Of a stretch of DNA of 64,000 nucleotides, positions 46,805 through 56,745 are shown piece by piece. Each line of letters opens with the position of its first letter. The stretch's first letter is position 1. Under the pieces are notes generated by a model that worked only from the letters and a program-made list of their open reading frames with translations, was not told where the DNA came from and searched no databases. Source of the DNA: Candidatus Levyibacteriota bacterium (GTDB lineage Bacteria; Patescibacteriota; Microgenomatia; Levybacterales; UBA12049); contig PLZJ01000002.1 of NCBI GenBank assembly GCA_003152105.1, forward strand, positions 108,257 through 172,256, in the 5' to 3' direction. Made by a program: the position numbers and the translations under genes.

Positions 46805-49800
46805 TTATTGAATTATTCCTTCTGTAAGTGCTGATGAAGAATCAATTCCAATTTTCCCTGCTTCTATAAAACCTATTACAAATGCTCCAAAAATCGCTGT
46901 TAAAATTCTCCTACTAGCTATATCTTTACCCATGACCCTTAGCATTACTTCAAGTTCATGATAATATTTTTGCGTTTCTTTATATTTCTTTTTCATACCT
47001 TTATGTCGTTCTTTATTGAATTTTCCTTCGGCTTTTACTCCATATTTTTCGATCCTATCATTTCTTTCTTTTTCAGTTAATTGAGCCCATGTTTGCGCAC
47101 TTTTTTCCATACTTCCTGTTAATAGCTGTCTAATATGATCCAGCTTGACTCGTAATTCGTCTCGAGATAATGGTGTAGCTTCATGCCCATAAATTCTTTC
47201 GATTTCAGACATAGATTTTCGAAGTGGTAATTTACTTATACCTAATGAGTCAAAAACTAGAGGCATACGAGAAGCTAAATACCATGTTCCTAATGTATAT
47301 CGAACACCTTTAGCTCTTCCATTATCTTGTCCGCTATATTGACTTATGGCTTCCCCAAATTCTTCAGCATGTTTTGCCTTTGATTCAATATCTGAACCAT
47401 GTGATTTAATAAACGCAATTAACGCTTGTGCTGCTTTAATAGCGTTACCAAAATCATTATAGTTACGCACTAGCATATCTGAACCTGGTTCTGACGAAGC
47501 TTCTCGAGATACAGGAAGCATGTTCCAATTATCAGGAATATTTTCAATTTGATCGAAGAGTCCATCAGTTACATCTAAAGTTCTGACATAGATATCTTCG
47601 AATCTTGGATCCTTTATTAAAGCATCAATTACACTCATTCTACCTTTCCCTACTACCTGTATACCGTTACTTTCAATAAAGGACTGCATTGATTTGTATA
47701 CCTTTTCAATAGCTTCCCCAGCTCCTTCCTTACCTGTAGCTTTATTTAAAAATTGTTTGTCTTCTGCACTTAAGCTTCCGAAATTAATCTGTCGAGGAAC
47801 AGCTTCATGAAATCCTTTATCACGCAATAATCTTATTTCTGCTCCGTATTGCTTTCTAAATGCATCGTAATTTTCAAATCCATAAAGCTTCATCTGTGCA
47901 TTTAAAGCAGAAATTTGATCAGGAGTACGATCGCGTACTAGTTTTATTATTTCTTCTGTTTTGAATTTAGCTACTTTTTCCCAGAGACCTGTTAACTTTT
48001 CAGTTCTTCCTTCTTTAGATGCTCCCGCAGCTTTAATTTGCATAAATAAACCAAAGTTGGTTGCCTCATTAATAAATCTTTTTGGATCCTCTTCTTTAAA
48101 CCTTTTAATTTCTGCACTCAATGTTTCTTTGGGTATAGCTGCGATAATTGCATCATATTGTCTTTTATACTCTAATGGATTAGATTCTAATAGATTTTTA
48201 TGCTCACTTACCCAACCTGCCGTCAATGATTTCTCTGCAGTTCTGTGTTCTAATACTTTTTCTAGATTTTTTCTAAACTCAACCATTCTCCATCCTGAAG
48301 AAAAGAAATCAGGAACTGCATATAGATCACGGAATAATTTAATTCCTAATTCGTGCTTTTCTTCTTTACCCATATGCGACATATGATTATCTTTCATATA
48401 TCCGTCTGCCAAATCTTCGTATGTATAATCCATGTATTCCTGGTCTTCTTGATTTAACAGATCAAACTTTGCAAGTGTCATATCATGAATGTTATAGATA
48501 TTTGCAAATACTCGTGAAGGATCATTTCCAAAGGATTCAACGCCATATAAATGGTGATTTCTAGCAGATATTATTCCAAGTCTTCCAGAGCTAACAAATA
48601 TGTCATACGCTGTTCTGGATGCACGTTCAATTGCCCTTTTTAATTCTTCCTCTTTTGCAGTATCATCCCCAAAAGTTCTACTCCAAATTTCTGCAAATGG
48701 CCCTATTCCCGATTGAGCAAGTCTTTTTTGAATTTCTAATTGTTCACCCTTTATTATGTTTACTATATTTGCAGCAACTTCTACCTCCAATCGCTTATTA
48801 GGATCCTGAACACGCATATCATCAGAAAGCTCGTCCATGCGATTTATCATGTATTGGGTTGTTGAATCATATTGAGAAAGACCATACAGTAACCCCTTTG
48901 CCATTAAATTTTTTGCACTTCCTTGAGCACCCTCAAAATCATGTCTATCTAAAGTTGAACGCATAAATATTAAGCTTAATCTATTGCTGAAATTAACGGA
49001 AAAATTCTTAAGTACCGCGTTTTTTTTATCAATTTGCGCTTGTTTTTCTCTCATAAGCGTCACATAGTTTGTTTTTAGCTTTGCCTGTTCTGATTCAGGG
49101 CTCCCATCGAAACTTCCTTGTGCTTGAAGCTTAGAGTATTCTTCAGAAAGCTTTCTAAAATCATTCATGTCTATATGTACCTGCGTATCAAGATGTGTTT
49201 CTGCTTCTTGTACTAATCTCTGTACTGACTGGACATGATCAGAGCTGAGCTCATTTCCTTGATCTGCCATTTGATAGATTCGGTCAAACTGCGTATCAAG
49301 CCACGCTTCCGCATCTGAATTTAAGCTTTCTTTTGCTGAAGCTGTAAGTAAAAAACCAACTCTTTCATCTCTATCTTTAAGAGCTTCAGCTCTCTCACGA
49401 TCTATATATTGAAAATTTAACTTTTCTAAATACTTAATAGCCTCGTTACCAACATCGCTATTCATTCTTCCTTCATCGATATTTGTACGAATTCGATTTA
49501 TTTGTTCTGGAAGACTAGCCATGAAAGATTTAGGACTAATGTTGTAGGAGTTAGCTAATTCATTAAATATTCCAGCAGCAATACTATAGCTTGCCGCTTT
49601 TTTTTGATCTGTTTGTGCATCAAAGCTTTTTCCAAAATATGACTTCGCGAATTGCTCTAACTCACCTTCTTCTGGACCAAATGAGCTTTTTTGATCAAAA
49701 TTTCGAGGTTTTATTAAAGGTGGTTGATTTTCAGGTGTACTTGTCGAACCTTCTGGCATAAAAACTACTCCTCTGTTCATTGTAGTTCCAGCTGTATGTG

Positions 49801-49852
49801 CTGTCAATTCAGGCTCCGAATTTCGGATAGTAAAATTTGGTCGTTCAGTCAT
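46805..49852 (-). CDS. large helical hypothetical protein with C-terminal hydrophobic segment
   Basis: Uninterrupted ORF of about 1015 aa; ILTAIFGAFVIGFI near the C-terminus. Confidence 0.8.
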   Translation of the reverse strand: MTERPNFTIRNSEPELTAHTAGTTMNRGVVFMPEGSTSTPENQPPLIKPRNFDQKSSFGPEEGELEQFAKSYFGKSFDAQTDQKKAASYSIAAGIFNELANSYNISPKSFMASLPEQINRIRTNIDEGRMNSDVGNEAIKYLEKLNFQYIDRERAEALKDRDERVGFLLTASAKESLNSDAEAWLDTQFDRIYQMADQGNELSSDHVQSVQRLVQEAETHLDTQVHIDMNDFRKLSEEYSKLQAQGSFDGSPESEQAKLKTNYVTLMREKQAQIDKKNAVLKNFSVNFSNRLSLIFMRSTLDRHDFEGAQGSAKNLMAKGLLYGLSQYDSTTQYMINRMDELSDDMRVQDPNKRLEVEVAANIVNIIKGEQLEIQKRLAQSGIGPFAEIWSRTFGDDTAKEEELKRAIERASRTAYDIFVSSGRLGIISARNHHLYGVESFGNDPSRVFANIYNIHDMTLAKFDLLNQEDQEYMDYTYEDLADGYMKDNHMSHMGKEEKHELGIKLFRDLYAVPDFFSSGWRMVEFRKNLEKVLEHRTAEKSLTAGWVSEHKNLLESNPLEYKRQYDAIIAAIPKETLSAEIKRFKEEDPKRFINEATNFGLFMQIKAAGASKEGRTEKLTGLWEKVAKFKTEEIIKLVRDRTPDQISALNAQMKLYGFENYDAFRKQYGAEIRLLRDKGFHEAVPRQINFGSLSAEDKQFLNKATGKEGAGEAIEKVYKSMQSFIESNGIQVVGKGRMSVIDALIKDPRFEDIYVRTLDVTDGLFDQIENIPDNWNMLPVSREASSEPGSDMLVRNYNDFGNAIKAAQALIAFIKSHGSDIESKAKHAEEFGEAISQYSGQDNGRAKGVRYTLGTWYLASRMPLVFDSLGISKLPLRKSMSEIERIYGHEATPLSRDELRVKLDHIRQLLTGSMEKSAQTWAQLTEKERNDRIEKYGVKAEGKFNKERHKGMKKKYKETQKYYHELEVMLRVMGKDIASRRILTAIFGAFVIGFIEAGKIGIDSSSALTEGIIQ

Positions 49853-49960
49853 AGCCAAAGTATATGCAGTATGCCTATATATAACTTGACATTAATCTAT
49901 TAGTTACATTACAAATTCCTAACAATACATATTTTTTTAATCCTATGCTACAATTCGACT

Positions 49961-51286
49961 ATGGAAACACAACACTTTGAGGCTCTTTATCCAAAAGATT
50001 CATATGGTAAAGAGATTAAAAAATTGCATACATATATTAAGGAAGGAAATTCTATCCAGGTCATTGGATTGCCAGGTGTTGGTAAATCAAACTTATTAAA
50101 GACTTTAACTTATAACAAAGTTGTTAGAAGCACACAATTTAATAAAGGCCAGGAATGGATTCATTTTGTTTATCTAAATTTTGCTGAAATTAGAGAAAGG
50201 CCTCTACTTGATGTTACAAAATTCATTTTTATCTCACTTTTAGATTCAGTTGCTGAACGACAAATGACAGAAGTATACGAAAAATTAAATCAATTATTTA
50301 AAGAGGTCTTGTTGTTTCAAGATGAACTTGTTCTATTTCAAGCTCTTAAAAAAGCAGTAGATATTATTGCAATTGAAAATCAATTGACTATTGTATTATT
50401 ATTTGACAGATTTGAAGAATATATACCGAGTGTGTCGAATGTATTTTTTTCTAACTTAAGGGTGCTTCGAGACAGAGCCAAGTATCGCTTTTCTTGTGTA
50501 TTTGCAGTAAATAGACCGCTCGAAGATGTTCTAGATACTTCTATAATTGCAGATTTCTATGAATTTATAGCTGGACATTCTCTTTTTCTGCCTCTTTATG
50601 ATAATTCTGTACAGTCATTTAGAATTTCTTATTTAGAGAAGACTACCGGGAAAAAAATTAGTCATTCACAGTTAGTTAAAGTTTTTGAATTAACAGGCAG
50701 GCACAGTAAGCTGACACGAATTTGCATTGAAGTATGCTTAGAAGATGAAGTGAAAAAGGATAATTTAGTTGAATTCTTATTAAAGCAACCGAATGTAAAC
50801 GGAGTGTTAAAAGAAATTTGGTATGCGTTAACTCCTGCAGAGCAAACGCATCTAAAAAAGATGACTTCAAAAGATTTACCAAATGATACTCATGAATTTT
50901 TAATACTATCAGGCCTTATTAAAGAAAATACAATCCAAATTCCGCTTTTAAAAGATTATATTAAAAATCTACATAAAATTGGAGAAGAGACTTATTTCTA
51001 CAACAACACTACCCACATAATAACTAATGGGCAACATAATATATCAGACTTATTAACTAAAGCTGAATTTAAACTTTTAAAAATTCTCCTCGAACATAAA
51101 GATGAAATAGTTGATAGAAATACAATTATAGCAACTGTCTGGGATGAAAATAAATCAACTACTGGAATAACTGATCAAGCGCTTGATCAGCTAATTTTCA
51201 GGCTTCGGAAAAAAATAGAAGAGAATGTTAATTTACCAAAACACATTATTACCATTAAAGGTAGAGGAATTCGTTTTAATCCTTAA
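49961..51286 (+). CDS. P-loop ATPase fused to an OmpR-type winged-helix domain
   Basis: GLPGVGKS, LLFDRFE; C-terminal LTKAEFKLL...ALDQLIFRLRKKIE...TIKGRGI. Confidence 0.82.
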   Translation: METQHFEALYPKDSYGKEIKKLHTYIKEGNSIQVIGLPGVGKSNLLKTLTYNKVVRSTQFNKGQEWIHFVYLNFAEIRERPLLDVTKFIFISLLDSVAERQMTEVYEKLNQLFKEVLLFQDELVLFQALKKAVDIIAIENQLTIVLLFDRFEEYIPSVSNVFFSNLRVLRDRAKYRFSCVFAVNRPLEDVLDTSIIADFYEFIAGHSLFLPLYDNSVQSFRISYLEKTTGKKISHSQLVKVFELTGRHSKLTRICIEVCLEDEVKKDNLVEFLLKQPNVNGVLKEIWYALTPAEQTHLKKMTSKDLPNDTHEFLILSGLIKENTIQIPLLKDYIKNLHKIGEETYFYNNTTHIITNGQHNISDLLTKAEFKLLKILLEHKDEIVDRNTIIATVWDENKSTTGITDQALDQLIFRLRKKIEENVNLPKHIITIKGRGIRFNP

Positions 51287-51327
51287 TGCTTGCAATTTAC
51301 TGCTTGCTTGTTTAGGATAAAGATAGA

Positions 51328-53103
51328 ATGAAATTCTTCTTAAGAACTCTTTCCGTTTTTGCTATCACAAGTATTTGCTTATTCGTATTTACCTTTACTG
51401 CTAAAGCAACATTTGTCCGTGGAGACCCAAGTTGTATAAACATTCCTGTATGCGTATACTACAATGATATCGCTAAGAGTGGCACTGACGTGCTTTCGTC
51501 AGGAGACACTGTTCCCAATACGGTTAATCAATTGCAAGTTGGCATTACAACACATAACCCGACAAAAAACTATACTCCAACTATTCCAATTAATAAAGTA
51601 ATTATTTTGGTTCGTGACAGTGAAAAAAATTATGATCCAACCGACGAAAACAACCCATTTGACAATAATAGTGCAATAATAAATTATGTTGTTTACAACA
51701 CCGGAGACTGTAGTATAGATTTAAATGGGGGCACATCGGTTTGGACAAAGGACACAAGTTCAGCTTGTTCTACAAATGGAACTTCAAACATCCACTTCAG
51801 TGATAGTATTGATATAACAAAATTGTTTCAAGATAGCCCAATTATATCCGGACATACTTATGAAATTGACGTTTATGGTGCGCATAGCCTTTATGACACT
51901 AATTACTATACTGTTGTTAAAGGAGGCAGCGGGGAGAATTGTAAAACTATTGTATGGGGAGATAGTGATGGAAATGATTATTGTGATTTTCCAACTACAA
52001 ATATGTCGCTAAAATTTGTAGTAGAACCTCCTAATTTTAAATATGTAAGTGACAAGGCACATTTTGACTGGAGCGATACCACAGTCTCTCCAGATACAAA
52101 CGCATTACTAGGTAGAGATGTAATAATTCATATTCCGGAAGCACTAAATAGACCTGATTCTGGTGTAAGTGATGGTAATTCAGATAATTCGGTAACGTAT
52201 AAATATGCTATTGAAGGGTATGGAATTAGCTACACCGAAGGAAATTGCTCTCAACCTGATTGCTATCAAACATATACGCTCCCCAATATTAGTACGATAC
52301 CCAAAGGAGTAAATAGCTTAGATTTATATATTTTCGGTCCAAATTCAGAAGGACATTATCAAGATTTTGTTAACCATCCTGGTGAGGCGGCAAACTTAAA
52401 AATACTCTCAATCAGTATTGATAATGCATATAGCTACATACTCGCAAATGATCCGGATGGAAGAAAAGAAAATGATTGTATATATGAAAATCCTCCTTCA
52501 ACTTGTCCTTTTAGACCTATGCCCACAAATTATCCCAATTATAAACCAGGTCAATATATTATTGCAGGAAGTCAAGAGAATAGTAAACACGCAGTGTTAT
52601 CATGTCACGGACCTGGAATATATCAAAATTCAAATGAGAATTCTTACATTTGCAATAATGAAGACACTTATGTAGCTTGTAATGGAAATCCTTCTTTAAC
52701 ATCTGTTAAACAGAATGGTCAAATTGAATATAACAATATTCGGTGCGTTAAAAGAAGCGATATTAAACCTCTTTCTCCCTGCACTCACCCAGAGGTAAGC
52801 AAAACTGATGGAGAGATCTCATGCGCAGGGGTCCCAACTGCACTCGGCACTCTTCCAACAGATCCTGAAGGTCTGGTTGCAGCTATATTTGGGATCTTAC
52901 TTAGCCTGTCTGGAGCAATTGCCCTTTATTTAATAGTTAGAGCTGGCTATAGAATTATGACTTCAGAAGGTACACCAGAAAAAATTACTCAAGGGAGAGA
53001 AGAATTGGTTTCAGCAATAACAGGATTGCTATTCATTATATTTTCGCTTGTGCTTTTTGAGATTATTACTCATTCATTTTTACATATCCCGGGCATATTA
53101 TAA
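51328..53103 (+). CDS. VirB2/TrbC-like pilin with large Cys-rich extracellular domain
   Basis: Signal peptide ending AKA; C-terminal GYRIMTSEG.PEK...GREELVSAITGL pilin motif. Confidence 0.72.
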   Translation: MKFFLRTLSVFAITSICLFVFTFTAKATFVRGDPSCINIPVCVYYNDIAKSGTDVLSSGDTVPNTVNQLQVGITTHNPTKNYTPTIPINKVIILVRDSEKNYDPTDENNPFDNNSAIINYVVYNTGDCSIDLNGGTSVWTKDTSSACSTNGTSNIHFSDSIDITKLFQDSPIISGHTYEIDVYGAHSLYDTNYYTVVKGGSGENCKTIVWGDSDGNDYCDFPTTNMSLKFVVEPPNFKYVSDKAHFDWSDTTVSPDTNALLGRDVIIHIPEALNRPDSGVSDGNSDNSVTYKYAIEGYGISYTEGNCSQPDCYQTYTLPNISTIPKGVNSLDLYIFGPNSEGHYQDFVNHPGEAANLKILSISIDNAYSYILANDPDGRKENDCIYENPPSTCPFRPMPTNYPNYKPGQYIIAGSQENSKHAVLSCHGPGIYQNSNENSYICNNEDTYVACNGNPSLTSVKQNGQIEYNNIRCVKRSDIKPLSPCTHPEVSKTDGEISCAGVPTALGTLPTDPEGLVAAIFGILLSLSGAIALYLIVRAGYRIMTSEGTPEKITQGREELVSAITGLLFIIFSLVLFEIITHSFLHIPGIL

Positions 53104-53144
53104 TATTGCAATATGATTCGGATTTTTTTATTATAATGTAATAT

Positions 53145-53492
53145 ATGACCAATCAAATCGCTCTTACTTTACCTGGATACCCTAGTACTTTTCCACAACC
53201 AAATGGACTTCCAAATTCACTAAGCAAAAACTCTGGTGCATCAGGTGCAGGAATTATAAGCTTAGGATTAACACTACTTCTACTTATGGCAATATTTTAC
53301 GCACTATTCCGAATTATGGTAGGCAGCATACGTATTGTAATTTCTAGAGGCAATAAAGAGAAATTTGAAAATGCTAGAAAAACAGTAATTTATGCGGTAA
53401 TCGGACTTTGTGTGGCTTTTTCATCGTTTTTCATAATAAATTTACTTGGTAACTTTGTAGGGATAAATCTTCTAAATACAATACCTAAATAA
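53145..53492 (+). CDS. VirB2/TrbC-like pilin
   Basis: GSIRIVISRGNKEKFENARKTVIYAVIGL. Confidence 0.78.
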   Translation: MTNQIALTLPGYPSTFPQPNGLPNSLSKNSGASGAGIISLGLTLLLLMAIFYALFRIMVGSIRIVISRGNKEKFENARKTVIYAVIGLCVAFSSFFIINLLGNFVGINLLNTIPK

Positions 53493-53537
53493 AATAGTAC
53501 TTGACAACCTTAACAATATGTTACTATGATAAATAAG

Positions 53538-53960
53538 ATGAAAAAAATTAGTTCTATTGTAATTGGCATATTTCTACCCCTAGTAATGGCAGTACCTGCT
53601 TATGCAGATTCAGCTTGCGCAAATTCAGGTTCAGGATTTAACTTTTATCTTCTTTGTCAATTTGGTCAACCTGGTGGCACCTTGTCTACAGGTTCAATAA
53701 TAGGTAGAGTAGTTGCACTACTGCTTTTAGCAGCAGTTTTAGTAGCTTTAATATTTTTAGTAGTCGGGGGTATTCGTTGGATAACTTCTGGAGGAGACAA
53801 AACAAAATTAGATTCTGCGCGAAGTCACATCGTAGCAGCAATAGTTGGTCTTGTTATAGCACTACTTGCATACCTAATAATAAATGTAATTCTTCAGGCA
53901 TTTGGACTAAATGCAGGAGGAATCAGCAACTTTAATCTCCCAAGTATAACCGGAAAGTAA
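53538..53960 (+). CDS. VirB2/TrbC-like pilin
   Basis: Signal peptide (PAYA); GGIRWITSGGDKTKLDSARSHIVAAIVGL. Confidence 0.82.
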   Translation: MKKISSIVIGIFLPLVMAVPAYADSACANSGSGFNFYLLCQFGQPGGTLSTGSIIGRVVALLLLAAVLVALIFLVVGGIRWITSGGDKTKLDSARSHIVAAIVGLVIALLAYLIINVILQAFGLNAGGISNFNLPSITGK

Positions 53961-54002
53961 TCGTTATTGCATTCCTCTCTCTCCTTTGTTACGCTTAATA
54001 TT

Positions 54003-54335
54003 ATGAACTGGAATTCTTTCGCAGGTTGTATTTATTCGGGAGATCCTAAAGATCAAGTAGCTACAATTAAATGTCTCCCTGCAGTCTTCTATAATGTTAT
54101 AAGTGCCTTAATTATCCTAGGCGGTGCTTTTGCAGTATATTACATTATTTATGCAGGCTTAAAATTAATTCATTCTGGTGGAGATCCTAAAGAAGTCGAA
54201 ATTGGAAGAAAAACACTTCAATATGCATTTATTGGATTAATAGTTGTACTTGGTTCTTTTTTATTAATTAATCTCGTTGCACAAGTTACTGGCACAAACT
54301 GCATTACTGCGTACGGCTTCTTAAAATGTAGATAG
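54003..54335 (+). CDS. VirB2/TrbC-like pilin
   Basis: AGLKLIHSGGDPKEVEIGRKTLQYAFIGL. Confidence 0.8.
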   Translation: MNWNSFAGCIYSGDPKDQVATIKCLPAVFYNVISALIILGGAFAVYYIIYAGLKLIHSGGDPKEVEIGRKTLQYAFIGLIVVLGSFLLINLVAQVTGTNCITAYGFLKCR

Positions 54336-54368
54336 TATCAAATATTGTTGTTGAAGAAATTTTACTCT

Positions 54369-56159
54369 TTATAAAAGTGGTAACACACCCAAAGCACCAG
54401 CTCCCAATCCAGCTGTTCCAAGTGCTGCTGCGACTATAGCTCCAGTTAAAAACTTTTTCCCGTGCTTACGAATTACAAAATCAATTATCTCTCTTCCAGA
54501 ATGACCTTGGATTGCACCCTCTTCTTTAGCTTTTTGTATCTCATCATCAAGCGCTTTATTTTTTGTTAACGATTCCGTGATTAACCCCTCACCCCATGAG
54601 CTCAAGGTGACTTTTTCTGCTTCAGCTTCGGTAAGCTTTCCATTCTTCAATCTATGAGAAAGAAGAGTTTTACCAACTTCTCTACCTTTTTTTGCAACAT
54701 AATCTGGATCCTTATTGAATTTTTCGTCTATTTCTGCTTGACTGATTCCGGTTCCTGGTGAGGTTAAAATTTTAGTTAATAATGCTCTTTCACCATTTTT
54801 CATTAAATCTTCGAAATCTGCATTTATTTCAGGTTTTTTACGTACCAAAACTTTTCTTCTCCTTATTATACCGTGGTTATTTCGAGTAGGCATTTCTGTC
54901 CATCGATCCAGTAATCCCTGAGATAAAACTGTGTCTATTCTTGTTAATGCATTATCGGATTCAGTTTTTAAACGGCCGACTTCTGCAGCATCTGCTTCTG
55001 AAAGACGACTATATATTAAATCCTCAGATGCCTCTGAAAATGCGTTTCCTAATTTTAGTTGCAATTCCATTTCTTTTTGCGCATGATCCCTAACCGCAGC
55101 ATCATAATCAGCTCTAGCTGATAAATATTCAGTATGTGCAGTTCTATCTTCTAAAGAAGCGTCCGGTTTTTGACCCTCAAGTCTCAGTTTATTTTCATTT
55201 AATTCCGTTTGATTCTTCAATAAAGCTTCTCTGTCTGATATCATTTTCTGAGTTACACCAATTTCTCTATAGTTATCGTCCAAAACTTGAACTGCCGCAT
55301 CTAATTGTCCTTGAAAAGTAGCTATGGTAGCAGTTGCTTTTCCGGAAGTTACCGCGTCATCTAAATCTTTTTGCAATCGCTTAACTGCAGCTGAGTAAAT
55401 TCTCGATTTATCTTGTTGTGCTTGCAATAAAGGCTCACGACTTCTTAAAGCTTTATTAAGTTTCTCGAGTTCCACTTTCTTTACTCCGGGAACTCCTGCT
55501 GTGTCTCCATATTCTGCCAACTGACTATTTATATGTTTTATTTCTGCATCTATTCCACTTAATTTTGTGTGTGCAACATCATATTTTATTTTAGTAACGT
55601 CTCTATTTTTTACGGCGTCTAAGGAGATATCTTCAATAGAAGTTGATGTTGCGCTTCTTACAACTTCTTTTAATTTATATTGGAATCGAGGTTCTTTTAC
55701 AAATGCGTCTATTACAGCAGTTTTTTCTGTGCCCGATAATGAATCAAGAAAAGTAGCTGCTTCAGGAGATGACGCATATATACTGTGCTCAACGATGTCC
55801 CTAACAAAACCCCTGTCTGCACTATCTGTCAATGCCGAAACTTCTCCACCTTTTTCTAAGAACTCCTGCACTCTTTTTAACTGTTTTTGAGCATCGACTC
55901 TTCGTGCTTCCTCTACTTTTGTAACTATTTTTGTCCCATCTGCTTTGCGCTCATGACCAAAGCTTTCATTAATACGCGCGTCTAACTGTCCGAAATCTAA
56001 AGGCTTATCCCTATGAGCTTCTTCAAGTGCGGCTTGATGACCTTTCTCTGCCATTGTTTCTCTAAGGGACTTTGCTTCGGCTTCAGACCCTGGCACAGCA
56101 GAAGTAATACCAGTATCTTTCACTTCAACGGCAGCTCTAACAGGTGCTTCTCTATTCAT
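54369..56159 (-). CDS. coiled-coil hypothetical protein with C-terminal hydrophobic tail
   Basis: 596 aa; ends FLTGAIVAAALGTAGLGAGALGVLPLL; GGAG SD. Confidence 0.8.
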   Translation of the reverse strand: MNREAPVRAAVEVKDTGITSAVPGSEAEAKSLRETMAEKGHQAALEEAHRDKPLDFGQLDARINESFGHERKADGTKIVTKVEEARRVDAQKQLKRVQEFLEKGGEVSALTDSADRGFVRDIVEHSIYASSPEAATFLDSLSGTEKTAVIDAFVKEPRFQYKLKEVVRSATSTSIEDISLDAVKNRDVTKIKYDVAHTKLSGIDAEIKHINSQLAEYGDTAGVPGVKKVELEKLNKALRSREPLLQAQQDKSRIYSAAVKRLQKDLDDAVTSGKATATIATFQGQLDAAVQVLDDNYREIGVTQKMISDREALLKNQTELNENKLRLEGQKPDASLEDRTAHTEYLSARADYDAAVRDHAQKEMELQLKLGNAFSEASEDLIYSRLSEADAAEVGRLKTESDNALTRIDTVLSQGLLDRWTEMPTRNNHGIIRRRKVLVRKKPEINADFEDLMKNGERALLTKILTSPGTGISQAEIDEKFNKDPDYVAKKGREVGKTLLSHRLKNGKLTEAEAEKVTLSSWGEGLITESLTKNKALDDEIQKAKEEGAIQGHSGREIIDFVIRKHGKKFLTGAIVAAALGTAGLGAGALGVLPLL

Positions 56160-56162
56160 ATC

Positions 56163-56510
56163 TTACTTTGCGTCTCCTCCTAATGCCGCTTTCGAGAGCT
56201 CTAATGCTTCATCAACTTTACCTTGCTTTGTAAGAGACTCTATGTCAGTTGCGGTACTCTTATCTTCTTTCACTTTTTCCTCACCCTTTTCGATAGTTAG
56301 AATTTTTTGAAAAATATCCCATTGAAAAGCTAATGCATATAAGAATTCTGATAAATCGGTTTTTGTTTGTATTCTTTGCATATTTTTTTGAATTTGACCT
56401 GAGATATCAACAGCTTCATCTTGCGTTAAGATGCCATTATGTAAACCATCAATCATTGCAATTGTTAATTTCTTTTCGATTTCATCTTTATGTTGCTGAT
56501 CTAATTGCAT
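56163..56510 (-). CDS. small helical hypothetical protein
   Basis: 115 aa; TTGACA/TACTAT promoter upstream; 3 nt from the next gene. Confidence 0.72.
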   Translation of the reverse strand: MQLDQQHKDEIEKKLTIAMIDGLHNGILTQDEAVDISGQIQKNMQRIQTKTDLSEFLYALAFQWDIFQKILTIEKGEEKVKEDKSTATDIESLTKQGKVDEALELSKAALGGDAK

Positions 56511-56745
56511 ACTATATCAATAGTAATCTTTGCGCTTCTTAAATGTCAATAGAGCTACTGCAAATTTACATTTAGGCTTATTTAGTAACGTATATTTTCA
56601 CGATAAATTTACCTAGTTATAATCACATTTGACATACTTTGAACTGCTTGCATTGGAATTTTTCACGTATTACGATGATTTAAGCACAAGAATGATATAG
56701 TGCGAAACAGAAATCCTATATCTGGCTTTCTGCCCAAGACAGTAA

